A DNA stretch of 64,000 nucleotides from Gammaproteobacteria bacterium (GTDB taxonomy: Bacteria; Pseudomonadota; Gammaproteobacteria; Steroidobacterales; Foliamicaceae), in assembly GCA_011523505.1 (NCBI GenBank), contig WTGP01000019.1, positions 189,151 to 253,150 of the forward strand, given 5' to 3'. This document shows, piece after piece, positions 40,886 through 49,823 of the stretch. The notes below the pieces were generated by a model. The model had not been told where the DNA came from. It was given only the letters and a program-made list of their open reading frames with translations, and ran no database searches. The translations under genes were made by a program, and so were the position numbers. How positions within the stretch are numbered: the first letter of the stretch is position 1; every line of letters starts with the position of its first letter.

Positions 40886-43639
40886 GTGACGCGCACCGCG
40901 ACCGGAAAGGCCGCGGGGGGCCTTATCGTGGTCGAATCTCCCGCCAAGGCGCGGACGCTGCAACGCTATCTCGGCAAGGATTATCGCGTGCTGGCCTGCA
41001 ACGGGCACGTGCGGGACCTGAAGAGCGGCGGACTGTCGATCGACACGAAGAAGGGCTTCGCGATGGAGTTCGAGCCGGTGGAGAGTTCGAAAGCGGCGGT
41101 GGCGCGAATCCGCGGCGCGCTGGCCGGGATGCCGGCGCTGTATCTCGCCACCGACCCGGACCGCGAGGGCGAGGCCATCGCCTGGCACCTGCTGGAGATG
41201 TTGTCCGACGCGGGGGCGCTCGAAGACAAGCAGGTTCACCGGGTGGCCTTCAACCAGATCACCCGCAGCGCGGTCAACAATGCGGTCGACGATCCGCGCG
41301 ACGTGTCCATGCCGCTGGTGGAGGCCCAGAAGGCCCGGCGCTGCATGGACCGGCTGCTCGGATTCACCCTTTCGCCGCTGTTGTCGCGGATACTCACGCG
41401 CGGCCTTTCGGCGGGGCGGGTGCAGAGCCCCGCCCTCAAGCTGATCGTGGAGCGGGAAAAGGAAATCGAGGCGTTCAGGCCGCGCGAATACTGGAGCATC
41501 ACCGCGCACCTCGGCAAGGACGGCCAGGAGTTCGAGGCCGCCCTGGTGGAGCTGAACGGCGAGAAGCTGAAAAAGTTTTCCCTGAGCGATGCCGCGGCAA
41601 CCGGACAGGCCCGCGAAGCGCTCCTGGCGGCGATGAAGGAGGGCGCATCGGGCGGCGGGCCCGGTGTGTTGACCGTAGCGAACGTCAAGCCCACGCGGGC
41701 CAAACGCGGTCCGCCCCCTCCGTTCACGACCTCGACCATGCAGCAGGCCGCTTCCCGCCAGCTCGGCATGCAGGCGCAACGCACGATGCGGGTGGCCCAG
41801 TCGCTGTACGAGGGCGTCGATACCGGCAGCGGGGCAGTCGGGCTGATCACCTACATGCGGACCGATTCCGTGCAGATGGCGCGCGAAGCGGTGCAGGAGA
41901 TCCGTGAATACGTCGTCGACAAACTGGGCGCCGGTTTCGTTCCCAAGTCGCCGCGGCGCTACCGCACCAAGACCCGCAACGCGCAGGAGGCGCACGAAGC
42001 GATCCGGCCCACCAGCATCGCGCGCGCTCCGGAAACGCTCAAGAGCCATCTGGATTCGGACCAGTACCGCCTCTACGACATCATCTGGCGGCGCGCCGTG
42101 GCCAGCCAGATGAGCGACGCCCTCTACGACCGCGTGAGCGCGGAGTTCACTCCGGGCAAGGCAGCGGCGGGCGCCGCGGAAACAACCCCGGCGGGCCGCT
42201 TCCGGGCCACCGGCAACACGCTTGCGCATCCGGGCTTCCTCAAGGTCCTGGCGCGGTCGGCGGACAGCAGGGACAAGGCGCTGCCGCCGCTGGCCGCGGG
42301 AGAGACGCTGGACGTGCGGGAGCTCGCGACCGAACAGCACTTCACCGAGCCGCCGCCGCGCTACACCGAGGCAAGCCTGGTCAAGGCGCTGGAAGACCAC
42401 GGTATCGGACGGCCTTCCACCTACGCCGAGACCCTGCGCAAGATCCGCGACCGCGAATACGCGGTCATGGAGAAGCGCAATTTCGCGCCTACCCAGAAAG
42501 GCAGGATGGTGGCCGACTTCCTCACCCGCCATTTCAACGACTACGTCGATTACGACTTCACCGCCGGCATGGAGGAATCCCTGGACGCCGTGGCCAATGG
42601 GGAGAAGCACTGGGTCCCGGTCATGGACGAGTTCTGGAGCCACTATTCGGAGCAGCTCGCGGAGAAAAAGCGCACGCTGAAGGGCATCGAGGAACGCCCG
42701 CGCCGGCTGCTCGGCGAGCACCCGGAAAGCGGCGAACCGGTTTACGCACGGCTGGGTCCCTACGGCTACTTCGTGCAACTCGGCGAGCGCTCGGAGGACC
42801 ATCGGCCACCGGTCGCCACCCTGCGCGAGGGCTTCAATTACGAAGACATCACGCTCGAACAGGCGCTGGAATTGTTGCGCGGACCGCGTCTGCTGGGAAC
42901 CGACCCGGCCACCGGCCAACCGGTCTACGCCGGCAGTGGGCGCAATGGCCCCTACGTGCAACTCGGCGAGAGGGGCGGCGAAGAGAAACCGAAATACGCC
43001 TCGCTGACCGACGGGCTTAGCGAGGAGTCGGTGAACCTGGAGGAGGCCCTGAAGCTGCTTTCACTGCCGCGGGAACTGGGGCCGCATCCGGAGTCCGGCG
43101 ACACGGTCTATGCCGGGCGGGGGCGATTCGGACCGTACGTGCAACTCGGAGAACGCGGCAAGGAAAAGCCGAAATACGCCTCGCTGCCGCCGGACATCTC
43201 CCCTTACACGGTCACGCTGGACGAGGCGGTGGCCCTGCTTCGCCTGCCCCGCGAACTCGGAAAGCACCCGGACAACGGCCGGCCCGTTTTCGTCGGCTGC
43301 GGGGTCAAGGGACCGTATGTGCAGATCGGGAAACGCGGCGGCAAGACGCGGCCGAGGTATATCCGCCTGCCGAAGCCGCATTCGGTGTTCACGCTGACGC
43401 TGGAAGAAGCCCTCAAGGTGCAGCCCGCCCGGCGCGCCAGGCGGCAGGCGATCCGGGAATTCGAGGACGGCGGAATCAGGATACTGGACGGCCGCTACGG
43501 CCCGTACGTCACCGACGGGTCACGCAACGCTTCGGTGCCGCGCGGGCAGGATCCGGCCGCCCTGTCGCTGGAGCAATGCCGGGAACTTCTGAATAATGCG
43601 CCGAAAAAGGGATCGCGAAGAAGGACGGCGCGCCGCTGA
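40886..43639 (+). CDS. topA: DNA topoisomerase I (type IA) with C-terminal Topo-C repeats instead of Zn ribbons
   Basis: VESPAKA, ATDPDREGE, SAGRVQS, LITYMRTD, GIGRPSTY; repeated LG.HP..G.PVY...G..GPYVQ units. Confidence 0.97.
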   Translation: MTRTATGKAAGGLIVVESPAKARTLQRYLGKDYRVLACNGHVRDLKSGGLSIDTKKGFAMEFEPVESSKAAVARIRGALAGMPALYLATDPDREGEAIAWHLLEMLSDAGALEDKQVHRVAFNQITRSAVNNAVDDPRDVSMPLVEAQKARRCMDRLLGFTLSPLLSRILTRGLSAGRVQSPALKLIVEREKEIEAFRPREYWSITAHLGKDGQEFEAALVELNGEKLKKFSLSDAAATGQAREALLAAMKEGASGGGPGVLTVANVKPTRAKRGPPPPFTTSTMQQAASRQLGMQAQRTMRVAQSLYEGVDTGSGAVGLITYMRTDSVQMAREAVQEIREYVVDKLGAGFVPKSPRRYRTKTRNAQEAHEAIRPTSIARAPETLKSHLDSDQYRLYDIIWRRAVASQMSDALYDRVSAEFTPGKAAAGAAETTPAGRFRATGNTLAHPGFLKVLARSADSRDKALPPLAAGETLDVRELATEQHFTEPPPRYTEASLVKALEDHGIGRPSTYAETLRKIRDREYAVMEKRNFAPTQKGRMVADFLTRHFNDYVDYDFTAGMEESLDAVANGEKHWVPVMDEFWSHYSEQLAEKKRTLKGIEERPRRLLGEHPESGEPVYARLGPYGYFVQLGERSEDHRPPVATLREGFNYEDITLEQALELLRGPRLLGTDPATGQPVYAGSGRNGPYVQLGERGGEEKPKYASLTDGLSEESVNLEEALKLLSLPRELGPHPESGDTVYAGRGRFGPYVQLGERGKEKPKYASLPPDISPYTVTLDEAVALLRLPRELGKHPDNGRPVFVGCGVKGPYVQIGKRGGKTRPRYIRLPKPHSVFTLTLEEALKVQPARRARRQAIREFEDGGIRILDGRYGPYVTDGSRNASVPRGQDPAALSLEQCRELLNNAPKKGSRRRTARR

Positions 43640-44186
43640 CGCGCACGTCGGCCGCGCCGCCCGCATCCTTCGCGGTGGCGGCGTGATCGCCTATCCGAAC
43701 GAATCGGTTTACGGTCTCGGCTGCCTGCCGGGCAACGAGCAGGCCGTCGAACGCGTGCTCAATCTCAAGGGCCGCGACCGGTCGCTGGGCCTGATCCTGA
43801 TCGCCGGCGAATGGGAGCAGTTCGACGGCTGGGCGGCGGAACTCTTCACGGCGCCGGAATTCGGGGAGTTGCGAAAAAGCGAGGGAATTACCTGGGTCGT
43901 GCCTGCCTCTTCAAGCACGCCGGAATGGATCACGGGCGGACGCGACACCGTGGCCGTTCGCCGGAGCCTGCACCCCCTGGCCGCGGCCCTGAGCCTGGCG
44001 CTGGACTCTCCGCTGGTGTCCACGAGCTGCAACCCGCACGGCATGCCGCCAGCCCGAACCGAGGTCCAGGCCCGAAGCTATTTCGAGGCCGAGGTCGACT
44101 GGGTGCTGCCCGGCGAGTGCGGTCCGCTCGAAGGGCCCAGCGAAATCCGCGACGCCGTCACCGGAGCGGTGCTGCGACCGGCATAA
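43596..44186 (+). CDS. tsaC: Threonylcarbamoyl-AMP synthase (YrdC/Sua5 family)
   Basis: GGVIAYP.ESVYGLGC, LKGR, TVAVR, LVSTS.N, PSEI; start uncertain (overlaps the topA end). Confidence 0.9.
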   Translation: MRRKRDREEGRRAADAHVGRAARILRGGGVIAYPNESVYGLGCLPGNEQAVERVLNLKGRDRSLGLILIAGEWEQFDGWAAELFTAPEFGELRKSEGITWVVPASSSTPEWITGGRDTVAVRRSLHPLAAALSLALDSPLVSTSCNPHGMPPARTEVQARSYFEAEVDWVLPGECGPLEGPSEIRDAVTGAVLRPA

Positions 44187-44232
44187 TGGCGCGGCCGGGA
44201 CAGCCATTCAGCAAGCAGCGGGGGCAACATTC

Positions 44233-44877
44233 ATGATCACATTCGCGGAAGAGACTCTGGCGCTTCTTCTCGACGACAAGACCGGCACCTTCCTGCCGAT
44301 CGGCAAGTACGCCCTGGAGCACGCGCTGGTGGGCGGCGTCCTGATGGACCTGGCCTTCGCCGATCGCATCGACACCGATCCGGAGCAATTGATCCTGATC
44401 GATGCGGCGCCCACGGGGAACCCCATGCTGGACCGGGTGCTGAAGCGCATCAGCGAAAGCAGTAAAACCCGGGACACCGCCGCCTGGCTGGAGATCATTT
44501 CCGAGGAGCAGGGCGAATCGATTCAGGAGCAGGCCATCGAAAGCCTGATCGAGCGGGGCGTGCTCGAGCGCCGGGAAGAGAAGTTCCTATGGGTGTTCCG
44601 TTCGCGGCGCTATCCGATGATGGACGGCAAGATACAGCGCGAGGCCCGGCAGCGCGTGGTGGGCGTGCTGTTCTCGGGCGACATTCCCGATCCCCGCGAC
44701 ATTGCCCTGATCTGCATCGCCGACGCCTGCGGCGTGCTCAAGACCGTCTTCGGCGACAAGGAGCTGGACGAGGTCTCGCCGCGCCTCGATCAACTGCGCA
44801 AGATGGACCTGATCGGCCGGGAACTGATCACCCAGCTTTCCGTCTGGCGCTGGTCCGGCACGATCACGCGGATCTGA
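44233..44877 (+). CDS. GPP34 (GOLPH3/Vps74-like) family protein
   Basis: TFAEE.LLLLD..G, L.G.VLMDL...RI, PTG.P.LD, L.ERG.L......FLWVF...RYP. Confidence 0.8.
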   Translation: MITFAEETLALLLDDKTGTFLPIGKYALEHALVGGVLMDLAFADRIDTDPEQLILIDAAPTGNPMLDRVLKRISESSKTRDTAAWLEIISEEQGESIQEQAIESLIERGVLERREEKFLWVFRSRRYPMMDGKIQREARQRVVGVLFSGDIPDPRDIALICIADACGVLKTVFGDKELDEVSPRLDQLRKMDLIGRELITQLSVWRWSGTITRI

Positions 44878-44884
44878 GCCGGAG

Positions 44885-45478
44885 TCAGTTCCAGGGAAGG
44901 CCCTTGAAAGCTTGCCGGCACTCGCGGTGCCGGAAGCAACTCACCAGGTGATCGTTGATCAGGCCGCAGGCCTGCAGGTGGGAATAGATGGTGGTGGAGC
45001 CCACGAACTTGAAACCGCGGGCCTTGAGGTCGGCCGACAGGCGATCGGAAAGCGGTGAGGTGGCGGGCAGTTCGTGCTGCTCGCGCCAATGATTGACGAC
45101 GGGGCCGCCGTCCACGAAACCCCAGATATAGCGCGCGAACGATCCGAATTCCGCGCGGACCTCCAGAAAGCGCGAGGCGTTGTTGACCGCGGCGGCGATC
45201 TTCTGCCGATTGCGGATAATGCCGGGATCGGATACGAGGGCCTCGACTTCCCTGTCACCGAATCCGGCCACGCGCAGCGGATCGAAGCCGGCGAAGGCCT
45301 TGCGGTACCCCTCCCGCTTTTGCAGCACGGTCCTCCAGGAAAGGCCCGCCTGCGCCGATTCGAGAATCAGGAACTCGAAGTGGGTGGGATCGCCCATAAC
45401 GGGCAGGCCCCATTCTTCATCGTGATAGGCCTGGTATTCGTCGCTTACACCGAGCGACCAGGGGCATCTTTCCCGCAT
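44885..45478 (-). CDS. tag: DNA-3-methyladenine glycosylase I
   Basis: RCPW, YHDEEWG, FEFLILE.AQAGLSW, IIRNR.KI, GFKFVG.T, G.INDH...C. Confidence 0.96.
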   Translation of the reverse strand: MRERCPWSLGVSDEYQAYHDEEWGLPVMGDPTHFEFLILESAQAGLSWRTVLQKREGYRKAFAGFDPLRVAGFGDREVEALVSDPGIIRNRQKIAAAVNNASRFLEVRAEFGSFARYIWGFVDGGPVVNHWREQHELPATSPLSDRLSADLKARGFKFVGSTTIYSHLQACGLINDHLVSCFRHRECRQAFKGLPWN

Positions 45479-45541
45479 TCGGGCCGAGTTTGGACGCTAC
45501 GCCCCCCGCATGGATACCGGCGCAATCACGCCGGCGGATAT

Positions 45542-45585
45542 GGACGATACAGCCGGCGAGCCCGCGAGCCCGCCGGCTGTCGTCC
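45542..45585 (-). terminator. Hairpin downstream of the small EGSCG peptide gene
   Basis: GGACGATACAGCCGGCG pairs with CGCCGGCTGTCGTCC (2-nt bulge). Confidence 0.45.
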
Positions 45586-45612
45586 TGAAATGGCTACCGA
45601 AGTAGCGGCGAA

Positions 45613-45843
45613 TTATTCTTCTTCGCTGTCGTCGCCGCAGCTACCTTCGCCGCAACTGCCTTCGTCGTCGTCGCCGTCGTCATCGTCGTCGCCGTCGTCG
45701 TCGTCACCACCATGGCCGTCCATCAGTGACGGAAGTTCGGGCGCTTGTGAGCCGTCTACGGCTGCAGCGGCCGGGCCGGCAACGCCGGCGGCGAGGGCTG
45801 CGCTAAGGGCAAGGGCGAGTAGTTTGCGTTCAGGACTGGTCAT
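45613..45843 (-). CDS. Small exported acidic peptide with EGSCGEGSCG motif (EGKCG-type MNIO RiPP precursor-like)
   Basis: GGAGG RBS before ATG 45843; Sec signal MTSPERKLLALALSAALAAG; poly-Asp linker; tandem EGSCG. Confidence 0.75.
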   Translation of the reverse strand: MTSPERKLLALALSAALAAGVAGPAAAAVDGSQAPELPSLMDGHGGDDDDGDDDDDGDDDEGSCGEGSCGDDSEEE

Positions 45844-45871
45844 GAAAATGCCTCCAGTTTGTAGCGTTGTT

Positions 45872-45949
45872 TCCCTGTTCAGGGACATTTAAGGCCGCGC
45901 GCCCGTAACCGAACACGCAGCCGACGCGGGAATAGTTTCTCCCGCGTCG
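45872..45949. promoter_or_regulatory. Two palindromes in the divergent peptide/aroE intergenic region
   Basis: TCCCTG-TT-CAGGGA (45872-45885) and CGACGCGGGA-N8-TCCCGCGTCG (45922-45949). Confidence 0.45.
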
Positions 45950-46044
45950 AAGTCTAGCACACGGTAGCCGAGCTACCGATGACCGGACTTGTGCGGTACG
46001 CTTCGCTCCGAAAGGCGTTCCGGATTCAGACCGGTACCAGGAAA

Positions 46045-46848
46045 ATGTCAGCACTCTACGCCGTAATGGGGTACCCGATCGGCCACAGCCGGTCACCGGA
46101 AATCCATGCCCGCTTTGCCGCGCAAACGGGTCTGGACCTGGAGTACCGGCGTATCCGGGTACGCCCGGGTTCGCTGGCCCTGGCGGTGGAGAACTTCAGG
46201 GCGGACGGCGGACGGGGTTGCAACGTCACGGTGCCGCTCAAGGAGGAGGCCGCGGAGTTGAGCGACGAGCTCGGCCCCCAAGCCGGGCAGGCAGGAGCGG
46301 TGAACACGCTGACCGCCGGCGCGGGTGGCCGGATGCGGGGGGACAACACCGACGGAATGGGCCTGATTCGCCATTTGCGCACCAACCTGGGAGTAGAACT
46401 TGCAGGCGCCAGGGTGCTGATCATCGGCGCCGGCGGGGCCGTTCGCGGGGTACTTCCGGCGTTGCTGGCCGAGGGCGTCGGAGAGACCATCGTCTTCAAC
46501 CGCACGCAGGAACGCGCCCGGGAACTGGCGCGGCGTTTCGATACGCTCGGAGCCATCCGTGTCGCGGATTCCGGCAAGCCGCGGCTTCCGGCGGTGGACC
46601 TGGTCATCAACGCCAGTTCGGCGGGAATCTCGGGTGAGCCGCCCGGGCTGGACCCGGCATCGGCCAGAGGCGCGCTGTGCATGGACCTGGCGTACGGACG
46701 GGCCGCCGAGCCGTTTGTTGCCTGGGCGCGGGAGGGCGCCGCGCGCGCCGCTCACGACGGTTGGGGAATGCTGGTGGAACAGGCGGCCGAGAGCTTCAGA
46801 ATCTGGCACGGCACGCGACCGGACACTGCGGAACTGCTTGAACCCTGA
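46045..46848 (+). CDS. aroE: Shikimate dehydrogenase
   Basis: G.PI.HSRSP.IH, G.NVTVP.K, AVNT, GDNTDG.G, GAGGA, MLVEQAA.SF; start ATG 46045 after AGGAA. Confidence 0.96.
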   Translation: MSALYAVMGYPIGHSRSPEIHARFAAQTGLDLEYRRIRVRPGSLALAVENFRADGGRGCNVTVPLKEEAAELSDELGPQAGQAGAVNTLTAGAGGRMRGDNTDGMGLIRHLRTNLGVELAGARVLIIGAGGAVRGVLPALLAEGVGETIVFNRTQERARELARRFDTLGAIRVADSGKPRLPAVDLVINASSAGISGEPPGLDPASARGALCMDLAYGRAAEPFVAWAREGAARAAHDGWGMLVEQAAESFRIWHGTRPDTAELLEP

Positions 46849-46880
46849 TCCAGGCGCCGGCCGCGCCGGCGGCGGGCCGA

Positions 46881-48236
46881 TCACCGCATCGTTACGAGTT
46901 CTTCGGCCGCCGTGGGATGGATGGCCACGGTGTCGTCGAGGTCGGACTTGCAAGCTCCCATCCTTATCGCCACCGCGAACCCCTGAAGCATCTCGTCGGC
47001 GCCGGGCCCGGCCAGGTGGCAGCCCACGACCCGTTCCTCTTCCCCGACCGTAACCAGTTTCATGCGCGCCTTCGGCTTGCTGTCGGAAATACCGTAGAAC
47101 AGCGGAACGAAATCGGCCCGGTAGCAGCGCACCGCATCCCCATGGGCCTCGCGCGCCTCCTCCTCGGTAAGGCCGACGGCGCCCAACGGCGGGTGGGCGA
47201 ACACCACGGTGGGAATATTGCGGTATTCCATGCGCCGCTCGGGCATTCCGCCGAACTGACGGTCCGCCCAGCGGCGCCCGGCGGCGATCGCTACCGGAGT
47301 GAGTTCATGATGCCCGGTGACGTCGCCCAGGGCGAACACGCCGGGCGCCGTGGTCTCCTGCCATTCGTCCACCTCGATGGCGCCGCGCCCGTCGCATTGC
47401 ACGCCGGCAAGGTCGAGATTCAGGCCCGCGGTGAGCGGACGCCTCCCCACCGCCCACACCAAGGCGTCGAAGGGCCCGCTGCGTTCTCCCGAAACGGCCG
47501 TCAGGCGCAGACCCTCGGCATCCTGCTCGACGGCAGCGGGCACGAAACCCGTGGCGATCCGCACCCCCGACCCGGCGAGCCCCTCCATGCAGGCCTGCTG
47601 GAGGATCTCGTCGAAGCTGCGCAGCACCGAGTCCCGCCTGAGGTGCAGAGTCACTTCCGTGCCCAGACCCCGGAGAATCCCGGCCAGTTCCACGGCGATA
47701 TAGCCGGCGCCCACAACGGCTGCGCTGGCCGGCCGGCGCTCAAGTTCGAAGAACCCGTCGGACGTGATTCCGAGTTCGGCGCCGGGAATCGCGGGGACGA
47801 TCGGAGAGCCGCCGGTGGCGATCAGAATCCGTTCGGCGGAGTAGTCCTCACCGTTCACGGAAAGCACGCGCGGCGCGGAAAAAGCGGCGTGTCCGGAAAC
47901 GCTGTGCACGCCGCGCCGCTCGAGGTTGCTCGCATAGATGCCGTTCAGCCGGCGGATGTAGCGTTCGCGCCGACTGACCAGTTCCCCGAAGTCGTGGCCG
48001 TTCACGTTCAGATCGAAACCGTAGTCGCCGCCATGCCCCAGCTCCCTGGCCAGTTCGGCGGCATGCCACATGATCTTCTTGGGCACGCAGCCGCGATTGA
48101 CGCAGGTGCCGCCGAGGCGTCCGGATTCCAGCAACGCCACCCGCGCTCCGTATTCGGCCGCCCGCTGCGCCGCGGCCAGGCCGCCGCTGCCCGCGCCCAC
48201 CACGATCAAATCGAACTGGTCCATGCGCGGGAGCAT
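46881..48236 (-). CDS. gor: Glutathione reductase
   Basis: GAGSGG, GGTCVNRGCVPKK, GAGYIAVE, LTPVAI, HPTAAEELVTM. Confidence 0.95.
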   Translation of the reverse strand: MLPRMDQFDLIVVGAGSGGLAAAQRAAEYGARVALLESGRLGGTCVNRGCVPKKIMWHAAELARELGHGGDYGFDLNVNGHDFGELVSRRERYIRRLNGIYASNLERRGVHSVSGHAAFSAPRVLSVNGEDYSAERILIATGGSPIVPAIPGAELGITSDGFFELERRPASAAVVGAGYIAVELAGILRGLGTEVTLHLRRDSVLRSFDEILQQACMEGLAGSGVRIATGFVPAAVEQDAEGLRLTAVSGERSGPFDALVWAVGRRPLTAGLNLDLAGVQCDGRGAIEVDEWQETTAPGVFALGDVTGHHELTPVAIAAGRRWADRQFGGMPERRMEYRNIPTVVFAHPPLGAVGLTEEEAREAHGDAVRCYRADFVPLFYGISDSKPKARMKLVTVGEEERVVGCHLAGPGADEMLQGFAVAIRMGACKSDLDDTVAIHPTAAEELVTMR

Positions 48237-48334
48237 AACGCCTTCGCTCTCGCGCCTTGCCTTGACCCGGCAACAAAAATTCGCGAAAGTGCGGGGTTGG
48301 CGGGGCGAAAAGCTGACACGGGCCGCCCAAGCGG

Positions 48335-49027
48335 ATGAGCGAACTATTTGACTATTACCGTCCGAGCCTGACGGTACGGGGGATCGAGCGGCGGTTTCCG
48401 GCGCGGCGGGTCTTTTGCGTGGGCTGGAACTACGCCGACCACATCAAGGAAATGAACCGTGAGAATGTCCCGGAGCCGCCGGTATTCATGAAACCCGCGG
48501 ACGCGCTGCTGCCGGGCGGCGGCGAGGTGCCCTTCCCGCCGCGCACCAGGGACCTGCAGCACGAAGTGGAACTGGTGGTGGCCCTGCAGGGGGGCGGGCT
48601 CAATATCTCCGCGGAAGAGGCGATGGGCCATGTTTACGGCTACGGTGTCGGGATCGACCTGACCCGCCGCGACCTGCAAAGCGAGGTCCGCGAAGCCGGC
48701 GCCCCCTGGGAAATCAGCAAGAGCTTCGACTACTCCGCCCCGGTGAGCACGCTGCGGCGCGCTTCCAGCATCGGGCATCCCGCCAAGGGCCGAATCTGGC
48801 TAGCCGTCAACGGCGCGGTCCGGCAGGAGGCCGACATAAGCCACATGATCCACAAGCCCATGAACCTGATTGCCCAGATTTCCACTTTCTTTGAACTCAA
48901 GCCAGGCGACCTGATCTTTACCGGCACGCCGGCCGGAGTGAGCCGGCTCAAACCCGGCGACCACGTCACGGCCGGCATAGACCGGGTGGGAGACGTCCAC
49001 ATCCGCATGGGCCGCCTGCGCGCCTGA
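48335..49027 (+). CDS. Fumarylacetoacetate hydrolase family protein
   Basis: FCVG.NYADH, FMKP, HEVEL, DLTRRDLQ, K.FD, GDLIFTGTPAGV. Confidence 0.92.
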   Translation: MSELFDYYRPSLTVRGIERRFPARRVFCVGWNYADHIKEMNRENVPEPPVFMKPADALLPGGGEVPFPPRTRDLQHEVELVVALQGGGLNISAEEAMGHVYGYGVGIDLTRRDLQSEVREAGAPWEISKSFDYSAPVSTLRRASSIGHPAKGRIWLAVNGAVRQEADISHMIHKPMNLIAQISTFFELKPGDLIFTGTPAGVSRLKPGDHVTAGIDRVGDVHIRMGRLRA

Positions 49028-49052
49028 CCGGCTTCCCGCCGAATTCCCGGCC

Positions 49053-49823
49053 ATGATGATTGCAAGCTGGAACGTCAACTCGGTGCGCGTGCGCAAGGAG
49101 CATGTGGCGGACTGGCTTGAGTCGCAGGCCCCGGATGCGCTGGGCCTGCAGGAACTGAAATGCCGCGACGAGGACTTCCCCCTTGAGGACTTCGAAGACC
49201 TCGGTTACCGGTGCCTGATACACGGGCAGAAGACCTACAACGGCGTGGCCCTGCTGACCCGCGATGAAGCATCGGAACCGGTTGTCGGAATTCCGGGACT
49301 GGACGATCCGCAGGCGCGCGCCGTTGCGGCGACGGTGGGCGGCGTCCGCGTGATCAACCTGTACGTGCCCAACGGCAAGGAGGTCGGGCACGACCACTAC
49401 CACTACAAGCTGCGCTGGCTGGACGCGCTGACCGAATGGGTCCGCGCCGAACTGCGGCGCTGGCCGCGGCTGGCGGTGATGGGAGACTTCAATATCGCGC
49501 CGGACGATCGCGACGTGCACGACCCGGAGGAGTGGCGCGACAAGATCCTCTGCAGCGCGCCCGAGCGGGACCGGCTCCGGGGACTTGAGGATCTCGGCCT
49601 GCAGGACAGTTTCCGGCTGTTCGAGCAGCCGGAAAAAACGTTCAGCTGGTGGGACTACCGCGCCGCCGCATTCCGCCGCAACCGCGGTCTACGCATCGAC
49701 CTGGTCCTGCTCTCCGAGGCACTGGCGCCCGCGTGCACGGAAGCCGGCATCGACAAGTCACCGCGCAGACTCGAACGCCCCTCCGACCACACCCCCGTCT
49801 TCGCCCGCCTCAGTCGACGGTGA
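49053..49823 (+). CDS. xth: Exodeoxyribonuclease III
   Basis: SWNVNS, LQELK, YNGVA, YVPNG, GDFNIA, WWDYR, GLRID, SDH.P. Confidence 0.96.
   Translation: MMIASWNVNSVRVRKEHVADWLESQAPDALGLQELKCRDEDFPLEDFEDLGYRCLIHGQKTYNGVALLTRDEASEPVVGIPGLDDPQARAVAATVGGVRVINLYVPNGKEVGHDHYHYKLRWLDALTEWVRAELRRWPRLAVMGDFNIAPDDRDVHDPEEWRDKILCSAPERDRLRGLEDLGLQDSFRLFEQPEKTFSWWDYRAAAFRRNRGLRIDLVLLSEALAPACTEAGIDKSPRRLERPSDHTPVFARLSRR

Noticed and set aside
42700-43560. Repeated DNA words in the topA 3' end (e.g. CCGAAATACGCCTCGCTG, TACGTGCAACTCGG)
   Set aside because: In-frame C-terminal topoisomerase repeats, a known architecture; not CRISPR or mobile repeats.
45660-45710. (GTC)n microsatellite-like tract
   Set aside because: Encodes the poly-Asp spacer of the small peptide; triplet unit, so not a frameshift switch.
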